Source of the DNA: Pseudomonadota bacterium
GTDB lineage: Bacteria; Pseudomonadota; Alphaproteobacteria; RF32; CAG-239
NCBI GenBank assembly: GCA_018362935.1
Contig: JAHALQ010000007.1
Span: forward strand, 512-64,511
Length of the DNA: 64,000 bases
Direction: 5' to 3'
The notes below the pieces were generated by a model. The model was not told the origin of the DNA. It saw only the letters and a list, made by a program, of their open reading frames with translations, and ran no database searches. Position 1 is the stretch's first letter, and each line of letters begins with the position of its first letter. The position numbers and the translations under genes were made by a program. Below, one piece after another: positions 46,544-53,616 of the stretch.

Positions 46544-46741
46544 ATGACACCAAATGATAATAATATGCCCCGCGGGCAGGTTCCGGCGACGATATTAAAA
46601 GACAGTGAGCGCCAACCCTGCGAAATCTGGACCCGTGTTATGGGCTACTTCCGCCCGCTGTCAGAGTTCAATATCGGTAAAAAATCCGAATTTTTTAGCC
46701 GAAAATATTTTAAGGAAAGTAAAACGCACAAACAAAAATAA
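46544..46741 (+). CDS. 65-aa stand-alone NrdD C-terminal glycyl-radical-motif protein
   Basis: GAGGAA RBS. CEIWTRVMGYFRPLSEFNIGKKSEFFSRKYF parallels the recalled NrdD C-terminus TRRVCGYLG...FNAGKQEEVKRR. Confidence 0.6.
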   Translation: MTPNDNNMPRGQVPATILKDSERQPCEIWTRVMGYFRPLSEFNIGKKSEFFSRKYFKESKTHKQK

Positions 46742-46786
46742 TCTTTCGGCAGATTGAAAAATTATTCTGTTTTATTTTGATGTATA

Positions 46787-47221
46787 TTATTTACTGACCA
46801 TCATCACAACAAGATTACCAACAATATTGAACGAAAATGTTTTATCTTCAATTATAGTTTTTTGTTGAGATTTTGTAGCTGCTTCTACAAAACAATTACC
46901 AAAAAATTCGGATGCTTTTTCTGAATCGTCTACCAGTTGAGGGAGGACAATTGTTGCGTTTAGCATTGCTTCTTGCGAAAGAACTTTGTCTTTATTTGTG
47001 TCAATCGCAAACATTACGCCTTTAACGTTGTTGTTTTCTGTTGTTATCAGAACTTTTGCAAGTTCGTTCTTTGTGCCTGTGTAAGTATTGGTTTCGGGAT
47101 TAAATTCAAAGGTATAGTTACGGTCTTCCAAAAGTTTTTTAAATTCGTTGACAGCAACATCTTTTGCCCACGCATTGAAACTAAAACAAATTGAAGTAAG
47201 GAATAAGAGTATTTTTTTCAT
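46787..47221 (-). CDS. secreted protein encoded by a reverse-strand AT-rich moron
   Basis: GGAGG RBS and signal peptide MKKILLFLTSICFSFNAWA. It is the only minus-strand gene inside the prophage body. Confidence 0.6.
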   Translation of the reverse strand: MKKILLFLTSICFSFNAWAKDVAVNEFKKLLEDRNYTFEFNPETNTYTGTKNELAKVLITTENNNVKGVMFAIDTNKDKVLSQEAMLNATIVLPQLVDDSEKASEFFGNCFVEAATKSQQKTIIEDKTFSFNIVGNLVVMMVSK

Positions 47222-47330
47222 AAAACAGCCTCCGTTAAAATAAGCAAAGATTAAAATAATAGCAGGGATAAGTAAATAAAAATTATTGAAATATTAACCT
47301 CTGTCGGTTAACCTGAAAGCCTAAAAACAT

Positions 47331-47498
47331 GATTACAGCGGCTTTCGCACCCGTCAGATTTGCGATTTTTTTTGTATCTGCAATGTGGCGGATGAGAGCT
47401 GAAAATATATTGAATATCAGCCAAAGCCTACTGTAATCGGCTTTTAGTGAGTCCGCCACCTCTCAAATTTGCGTGGCAATTTCTAAGAAAGATTACAG
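47331..47498. repeat. three copies of GATTACAG in the promoter region of the Rha-like gene
   Basis: Direct copies at 47331-38 and 47491-98, and an inverted copy at 47431-38. The flanking ...ATTTGCG segments are also repeated. Confidence 0.45.
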
Positions 47499-47500
47499 AT

Positions 47501-48151
47501 ATGAAAAATTTAGTTCAAATATCAAATAATAACCAGTTAACCACCACCAGTTTAAAGATTGCTGAAATATTTGGTCGGCAACATAAGCATATTTTAGAAA
47601 ATATACAACATTTTGAAATTCCAGCAGATTTTATTCAGCCGAATTTTCGGCCGATTAAATATGTTGATAAAAAGGGGCGTGAACAAAAGATGTATGAAAT
47701 CACCCGTGACGGTTTCACGCTGCTGGCGATGGGCTTCACCGGCAAAAAAGCGATGCAGTTCAAAATCGACTTTATCAAGGCTTTTAACGCGATGGAGGCG
47801 GAGCTTTTAAACCGCGCCGCTCTTAAAAAGCCCACTTTTGCCGAAACATTGCTCGGGAGTCGTGAGCTTAAAAAGGAAAATCAGGCGCAAAAAGCGCTCA
47901 TTGCCGATATGTCGGCAGAACTCTTAAAATCCCGCCCGCTTTGGTGTCGGGTGTTAAAATATAAACGGCTGGGGCTCTCGACTGCCGAGGTGGGCAAATT
48001 GGTAGGACGTTCTCGTGCTTCGGTCAAGCTCTATTGCGCCGCTTTGCGTAAATATGGCCTTCTTAATCCGTTGCCGCAACCGGCCGAACAATTGGTGCTA
48101 AATTTTAGTGCGGCGGAAACCATCCCCGGCGTTGTTTTTGCGGGAGAATAG
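47501..48151 (+). CDS. Rha-family phage regulator with C-terminal HTH extension
   Basis: NNQLTTTSLKIAEIFGRQHKHILENI is Rha-like. The C-terminal LGLSTAEVGKLVGRSRASVKLY is HTH-like. Confidence 0.65.
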   Translation: MKNLVQISNNNQLTTTSLKIAEIFGRQHKHILENIQHFEIPADFIQPNFRPIKYVDKKGREQKMYEITRDGFTLLAMGFTGKKAMQFKIDFIKAFNAMEAELLNRAALKKPTFAETLLGSRELKKENQAQKALIADMSAELLKSRPLWCRVLKYKRLGLSTAEVGKLVGRSRASVKLYCAALRKYGLLNPLPQPAEQLVLNFSAAETIPGVVFAGE

Positions 48152-48153
48152 TC

Positions 48154-48342
48154 ATGCAGATACTTTTGAATGCTGATCGCCGCGAAGCTGTTGATGAGCT
48201 TAAACAATTGTTATTAGTTGTTGCCCGCGCGTTGGATACTCAGAACAACACCAGCAGTTTGGAATTGACCAACGCCGAGGCGGTGGCCTTGTGCTGTTTC
48301 GTAGATGATATTGCCAAAGCGCTGCCGCAATTATGCAAATAA
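48154..48342 (+). CDS. hypothetical small protein
   Basis: 62-aa ORF that is translationally packed. Confidence 0.4.
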   Translation: MQILLNADRREAVDELKQLLLVVARALDTQNNTSSLELTNAEAVALCCFVDDIAKALPQLCK

Positions 48343-48434
48343 TTGAAAGCCTGTTTACAGCTTTATCAATAGAACTGGCGCTGGCGGTTCTGTTTTTCGG
48401 TTGGTTTAACATCAACATCTTGGATCTGTTTTAA
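48333..48434 (+). CDS. 33-aa hydrophobic peptide (not in ORF track)
   Basis: MQIIESLFTALSIELALAVLFFGWFNINILDLF. Its ATG overlaps the preceding stop, and it is the last ORF before the operon terminator. Confidence 0.3.
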   Translation: MQIIESLFTALSIELALAVLFFGWFNINILDLF

Positions 48435-48438
48435 TTTG

Positions 48439-48465
48439 AACCGGGGCATTGTCCCCGGTTTTTTC
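48439..48465 (+). terminator. intrinsic terminator closing the early/middle transcription unit
   Basis: CCGGGG-cattgt-CCCCGG followed by TTTTTT. Confidence 0.85.
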
Positions 48466-48519
48466 TGCATGGTCTCCTTCTTGGGTATGTATTTAATTAT
48501 CATTAAATACATACTAAAG

Positions 48520-48540
48520 GCAACGCGGACTCTTGTCCGC
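48520..48540 (+). promoter_or_regulatory. late-promoter dyad, copy 1 (upstream of lysis cassette)
   Basis: GCAACGCGGAC-TCTT-GTCCGC. A TAATAT -10-like hexamer starts about 31 nt from the dyad centre. Confidence 0.5.
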
Positions 48541-48611
48541 TGTCACTTTGTCGTTGGGTTGGTTAATATCATCTTCATACCGAGGATGAAGAGAACAAAG
48601 GTAAAGATGAT

Positions 48612-49010
48612 ATGATTAAGACCGCTCAAGGCAAAATTTTATTTTCCGACAAAGAACTGGCCTGCCGCCATTGCGGCCAACTGATTCTTGCTCCAGGTTT
48701 TGCGGAAAAACTGCAGGAATTGCGCCTTGAGTTCAATCTGCCGATGACGTTGAGTTCCTGCTGCCGCTGCAGCGAACACAATCGGCGGGAGGGCGGCAAT
48801 GCCGGCTCTTTCCATTTGACTGATAATGCAAAGTGGAAAGTCCCCGGAACCTGCGCCATCGATGTTGTACGCCGGGGTGCCGAATATGACCGAAAATTAC
48901 TGGCAACAGCCCTCAAGCTTGGCTGGAGCGTCGGCATTGCCAAAACCTTTATTCATCTTGACCGCCGTTCAGATTACACCAGCCTCAAAGCAGCCTTATT
49001 TACGTATTAA
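48612..49010 (+). CDS. peptidase M15-family endolysin
   Basis: SxHxxGxAxD-type zinc site (SEHNRREGGNAGSFHL...AIDV) and the size typical of M15A phage endolysins. Confidence 0.75.
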   Translation: MIKTAQGKILFSDKELACRHCGQLILAPGFAEKLQELRLEFNLPMTLSSCCRCSEHNRREGGNAGSFHLTDNAKWKVPGTCAIDVVRRGAEYDRKLLATALKLGWSVGIAKTFIHLDRRSDYTSLKAALFTY

Positions 49011-49029
49011 CCCAACCAAGGAGGATGTT

Positions 49030-49239
49030 ATGCCTGAAAATAAAACAGAAAATTCATTAACAAACTGGAAGTCGAAGACCGTCATCGGTTCCGTGGTGGC
49101 GGTGGTCTGCGGCGTTTTGAGCTTCTGCGGAATTGACATTGCCGCCGATACCCAGTCGGTTATTACCGACAATCTGGCCTCAATCGGCGCTGCCATCGGC
49201 AGTTTGTTCGGAATCTATACCGCGCTTAAAGGAAAATAG
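49030..49239 (+). CDS. holin-like small membrane protein
   Basis: GGAGGA RBS and two hydrophobic segments, directly after the endolysin. Confidence 0.5.
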   Translation: MPENKTENSLTNWKSKTVIGSVVAVVCGVLSFCGIDIAADTQSVITDNLASIGAAIGSLFGIYTALKGK

Positions 49240-49240
49240 T

Positions 49241-49450
49241 GTGGTTGATGTCGTGGACATTGCCCAGGAGGATCTCGCCGGTTTTTCCGATTGGCTTGTC
49301 AAAAGCCGTCGGCAGCGGCAAAAACTCCGGCAAAGCCGTTGTCGGTGTGAAAAATGCGGCGAGATTATTCCGGCGGCGCGTCGGCGTGCCGTGCCGGGCG
49401 TAAAGTTATGTGTTGACTGCCAGGAGGAGGTTGAACGTGGCAATCGTTGA
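49241..49450 (+). CDS. TraR/DksA-family C4 zinc-finger protein
   Basis: CEKCGEIIPAARRRAVPGVKLCVDCQ. The start is GTG. Confidence 0.7.
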   Translation: MVDVVDIAQEDLAGFSDWLVKSRRQRQKLRQSRCRCEKCGEIIPAARRRAVPGVKLCVDCQEEVERGNR

Positions 49451-49745
49451 TTTTGTGCAAAATAATTCAAACTTCTTGATTTGGATTTTGGGCGGTTTTT
49501 CCGGTTGGATTTGGTGGAGCTTGAAGAAACGTTTTGCAACCAAGGAGGATTTAAAAGCCGTTTCGACACGGGTAGACAAGGTTGAACAGAAGGTTGCCGA
49601 TATGCCGGGGTTGAAAGATTTTCACAAAATGCAAATCACCATCGAGCACATGGCCGGAGTTCAGAATGAACAAAAGGCAATTCTTCAGCGGGTTGAAAAA
49701 ATATTAGACCGCCAGCAGGATTATTTAATGAGCAAGGAAAAATAA
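49437..49745 (+). CDS. DUF2730-like membrane protein of Mu-type phages
   Basis: AGGAGGAGG RBS with a GTG start. An N-terminal TM segment is followed by a coiled coil. Confidence 0.5.
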   Translation: MAIVDFVQNNSNFLIWILGGFSGWIWWSLKKRFATKEDLKAVSTRVDKVEQKVADMPGLKDFHKMQITIEHMAGVQNEQKAILQRVEKILDRQQDYLMSKEK

Positions 49746-49747
49746 CA

Positions 49748-50047
49748 ATGGCTTATCAGGATTTTATCACCGAAGACCGCCGCTTGGCCGAGCTTCGATT
49801 TTTGGCAGAAGACAATGATTACAGCCTTAATGACAGCGTGATGCAAACCGCACTCGGGTTGATTGGCCACAACATCAGCCGCGATGTTATTCTGGCGGAT
49901 TTTTCTTTTCTGGCGGATTTAGGGCTGATCAGAATTGAAAAGGTCTTGAACGGTCAAGTTACGGTGGCACATCTGACCGGACGCGGCGAGGATGTGGCGA
50001 AAGGCCGGACAACCGTTCCCGGCATCAAGAAACCCAGACCGGAGTAA
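49748..50047 (+). CDS. conserved Mu-like phage protein, function unknown
   Basis: 99-aa ORF preceding the small terminase-like gene. Confidence 0.45.
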   Translation: MAYQDFITEDRRLAELRFLAEDNDYSLNDSVMQTALGLIGHNISRDVILADFSFLADLGLIRIEKVLNGQVTVAHLTGRGEDVAKGRTTVPGIKKPRPE

Positions 50048-50051
50048 ACCA

Positions 50052-50579
50052 ATGGCCAGAAACTCAAGCATTGACCGGCTGCCTTCCGAAATTCGCGAAA
50101 AGATAGGGCAGTTGCGGCGTGACGGCAAAACCATAGACGAGATTTTAAACAAACTCAAAGAGCTGGATGTTGACATATCACGTTCGGCGTTGGGCCGTCA
50201 TTGCAAGCAGCTTGAAGAAGTTTCAAAATCAATCCGACAATCGCGGATTGTGGCCGAGGCGTTGGCGAAAAACTTCGGCGATGAGGGCGAAAACAAGGTC
50301 AGCCAGGTCAATATTGAATTGATGCACTCACTTATTTTAAAAATGATGGTTAATAACGACGGCGAAACTATAACAATGGACAGTAAAGACGCCTTTTTTA
50401 TGGCCTCCAGTTTGCAAAAACTTGTCCAAGCCTCCAAACAGAACGTCGAAAACGTCATCCAGCTGCGCCGTGAGTTTGCCGAGAAAGCGGCACAAATTGT
50501 CGACAAAGCCGGCAAGAAAAAAGGCATATCGGCGGAAAACCTTGATTTTATCAAACGCGAAATTTTCGGGATCGTCTAA
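50052..50579 (+). CDS. DUF3486 / Mu gp27-like small terminase subunit
   Basis: RNSSIDRLPSEIREKIGQLRRDGKTIDEILNKL pattern, upstream of the large terminase. Confidence 0.7.
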   Translation: MARNSSIDRLPSEIREKIGQLRRDGKTIDEILNKLKELDVDISRSALGRHCKQLEEVSKSIRQSRIVAEALAKNFGDEGENKVSQVNIELMHSLILKMMVNNDGETITMDSKDAFFMASSLQKLVQASKQNVENVIQLRREFAEKAAQIVDKAGKKKGISAENLDFIKREIFGIV

Positions 50580-50581
50580 AA

Positions 50582-52096
50582 ATGGAAGAGTTTCAGCCGG
50601 ACAAAGTTTTTCTATCTTATCAACAGCTTTTAAGCAAAACCGCTATTAGCTCGCCGGTAACGGTAGTTGAGAAGTCGCGCCGAACCGGTTATTCCTGGGC
50701 GGCGGCCGCAGTTGCCGTGTTTGTGACCTCTCCGGCCGAAAAGGCGCAAACGACTTATTATATGGGTTACGATTATGAAATGGCTCGCGAATTCATCCAG
50801 TATGTCGGCGAATGGGCCAAAAAAATCGGCGAAGCCTGTTCCGAGGCGGAAGAATATGTTTTCAAAGATCCGGATAATCCGGACAAGGATATTAAAGCCT
50901 TCCGGGTTACCTTTGCCAACGGCAAAGAAGTTGTTGCGCTGCCGTCGGTTGCCCGGGCATTGCGCGGTAAGCAGGGTTTTGTCATTATTGACGAGGCTGC
51001 TTTCCATGATGATTTGAAAGAGGTCTTAAAAGCCGCGTTTGCGCTACTGATTTGGGGCGGCCAGGTTTTAATCATCTCTACCCACAACGGTGAAGACAAC
51101 CCGTTTAACGAACTGATTAAAGACATCCGCGCCGGCAAAAGTCCTTATAAGCTTTTGCGTTGCACTTTTGACGATGCCCTGCGCCAGGGGCTTTATAAGC
51201 GGATTTGCCAGAAGCAGGGCAAAGAGTGGAACCGGGAAGCCGAAGAACAGTGGAAAGCGGACATTTATAAATTTTACGGCGATTCGGCCGCTGAAGAGCT
51301 GGACTGCATTCCGGCCAACGGCTCGGGAAATTATTTCAGCCGTTTGATTATAGAACAATGTATGCTTTCCGATATTCCGGTTCTGGAACTGTCCGTCAAG
51401 CCGGAATTTACCGCCGAGCCGTCAGAAACCCGGGTTCAGTTTGTCAAAGACTGGATAGAAGACAATTTACAGCCGGTTATCGAAACAATGAACCCGAATC
51501 TGCCATCCGGTTTTGGCTTTGACTTCGGCCGTTCCGGCGACCTCTCGGTTTGTGCGGTGTTGCAGGAAGACGCCGGTTTGAATTTGAAGACCGCCTTTGT
51601 GTTGGAAATCCGCAATATGCCGCATGAACAGCAATGGCAAATCGCGGACTATATTACCGCACATCTGCCGCTTTTCCGTTTCGCCGCCTATGATGCCCGC
51701 GGCAACGGTTCCTATCTGGCGGAAGTCGCATGTCAGAAATACGGCGCTGCCGCGGTCGAAGAAGTGATGCTGTCCACGCAATGGTACAGCCAGAACATGC
51801 CCAAAGCCAAAGCATATTTTGAAGAAAAGCGGGTCAGCTTGCCGCGCAATGCCAACATTTTGAACGATTTTAAGATTGTTAAGCTGGCTAAGGGCGTGCC
51901 GACGGTGGCCGACGTTCGCACCAAGGACGATAAAGGCAACAAACGCCACGGCGACAGCTGCATTGCCTTTGTTTTAGGAATCTATGCCATGAGTCGGGAG
52001 GGTATGCCGGTTTATGAAGGCGCCATGAGTAAAAAAGATTTGCATGACACCGATGACGACGAAAATGAGTTTGAATTTGCTGAAGGAACTTACTGA
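50582..52096 (+). CDS. terminase large subunit (Mu gp28-like)
   Basis: 504 aa with a Walker A-like region (KSRRTGYSW), a Walker B (VIIDEAAF) and a nuclease half. Confidence 0.85.
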   Translation: MEEFQPDKVFLSYQQLLSKTAISSPVTVVEKSRRTGYSWAAAAVAVFVTSPAEKAQTTYYMGYDYEMAREFIQYVGEWAKKIGEACSEAEEYVFKDPDNPDKDIKAFRVTFANGKEVVALPSVARALRGKQGFVIIDEAAFHDDLKEVLKAAFALLIWGGQVLIISTHNGEDNPFNELIKDIRAGKSPYKLLRCTFDDALRQGLYKRICQKQGKEWNREAEEQWKADIYKFYGDSAAEELDCIPANGSGNYFSRLIIEQCMLSDIPVLELSVKPEFTAEPSETRVQFVKDWIEDNLQPVIETMNPNLPSGFGFDFGRSGDLSVCAVLQEDAGLNLKTAFVLEIRNMPHEQQWQIADYITAHLPLFRFAAYDARGNGSYLAEVACQKYGAAAVEEVMLSTQWYSQNMPKAKAYFEEKRVSLPRNANILNDFKIVKLAKGVPTVADVRTKDDKGNKRHGDSCIAFVLGIYAMSREGMPVYEGAMSKKDLHDTDDDENEFEFAEGTY

Positions 52097-53616
52097 TGTT
52101 TAACCTGATTAAAAGCTATTTAAATAAAAAGCTGCTGACTTCTAATGAGGCCGGCAGTCCGATCATGGGCGTGCGCGACCAGCTTAATTCCAATCCGGGA
52201 ACCAACTTAACGCCGGTTAAACTGGCGCGTATTTTAAGAGATTCCGGCGAAGGTGATATCTTGGAATTGATGGAACTGGCGGAAGAAATTGAGGAAAAAG
52301 ACCTTCAGTATCAAACCGTTTTAAGCACCCGCAAGCGGACCGTCGCGCAGCTGGACATTTCGGTCGAGCCGGCAGACGATACCCCGGCGGCCAAGATGCA
52401 GGCCGATTTTGTTAAAAGTTTTCTCAACCGTGATACGCTGGAAAGCGAGATTTTTGATATGCTGGATGCGGTCGGCAAAGGTTTTTCGGTCACTGAAATT
52501 ATATGGGAAACCTCCAGCAGCCAGTGGATGCCGAAGTCCTTAAACTGGGTTGATCCGCGATGGATTACTTTTCGGCAAAACGATCTGTCCCGACCTTTGT
52601 TAAAGGTGGAGGGCGGTTACAAAGAGTTGACGCCTTTTAAATACATCTATACCACCATTAAGGCCAAATCCGGGCTGGATATCCGCGGCGGTCTCATCCG
52701 CGGCATCACCTGGGCCTATTTGTTCAAGAACTTTTCGCTCAAAAACTGGGTTTCTTTTCTGGAAGTCTACGGTCATCCGTTTCGGGTCGGCAAATATGGC
52801 AGAAACGCCACCGACAAAGACAAACGCAATTTGCTGCGCGCAGTTCTCAATCTTGGCGCCGATGCTGCTGCCATCGTGCCGCAGGATATGCTGATCGAAT
52901 TCATTAAAAATGAAACCGGTTCCGGCGGCGCGGCTTTCAAAGACCATGCTTCCTATTTTGACCAGGCGATTTCAAAAGCGGTTTTGGGGCAAACCACCAC
53001 CACCGACGCCATTTCGGGCGGCCATGCCGTCAGCCAGGAACACAACGAAGTCCGCATGGATATCGCCAACTCCGACGCCCGCCAGCTGGCTGCGGTTTTG
53101 AACCGCGATCTGATCCGGCCGATGATAGACCTTAATTTTGGGCAACAAAAGGCTTATCCGAAACTGCATATCGGCAATCCGGAAACCGAAGACACTTCCA
53201 AACTGACCGAAAGCGTGGCGCGTTTGATGCCCTACGGCTTTACGGTTTCGGCCAAGCAGCTGCGTTCCAAACTGGGCTTAAATGCCCCGGAAGACGCCGA
53301 TGACGTTTTCGGACAAAGCGGCGGCTTTTCTCAACTGCCGGCGTTTAATCAGGCCTTAAACAAACCTTTAAAGCCGGTTAACAGGGATTTTATTGATGAC
53401 CTCGGCGATGACGAGCTGAAAGAATGGCAGCCGAAAGTTGAACCGGTCAAAAAAAAGATTGAAGAACTGATTGCCCGGCTGCTGGATGAGGGCAAAAGCC
53501 TGGAAGACCTGGAAAAAGAGCTGACCAAGTTGGAAGTTTCGCCGGACGAGTTGGCACAAAGTCTGGCAAAAAACTCAATGGCCGCCTATCTGACAGGGCT
53601 TAAAGATGTCGAATAA
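52096..53616 (+). CDS. portal protein (Mu gp29-like, DUF935)
   Basis: 506 aa, placed between the terminase and the F-like gene. Confidence 0.8.
   Translation: MFNLIKSYLNKKLLTSNEAGSPIMGVRDQLNSNPGTNLTPVKLARILRDSGEGDILELMELAEEIEEKDLQYQTVLSTRKRTVAQLDISVEPADDTPAAKMQADFVKSFLNRDTLESEIFDMLDAVGKGFSVTEIIWETSSSQWMPKSLNWVDPRWITFRQNDLSRPLLKVEGGYKELTPFKYIYTTIKAKSGLDIRGGLIRGITWAYLFKNFSLKNWVSFLEVYGHPFRVGKYGRNATDKDKRNLLRAVLNLGADAAAIVPQDMLIEFIKNETGSGGAAFKDHASYFDQAISKAVLGQTTTTDAISGGHAVSQEHNEVRMDIANSDARQLAAVLNRDLIRPMIDLNFGQQKAYPKLHIGNPETEDTSKLTESVARLMPYGFTVSAKQLRSKLGLNAPEDADDVFGQSGGFSQLPAFNQALNKPLKPVNRDFIDDLGDDELKEWQPKVEPVKKKIEELIARLLDEGKSLEDLEKELTKLEVSPDELAQSLAKNSMAAYLTGLKDVE

Noticed and set aside
48366-48470. 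A minus-strand 34-aa ORF with AAGGAG, considered as a genuine antitoxin or regulator gene.
   Set aside because: The SD-ATG spacing of 3 nt is too short, and the ORF runs through the terminator hairpin. It is mentioned only as context in a low-interest finding.
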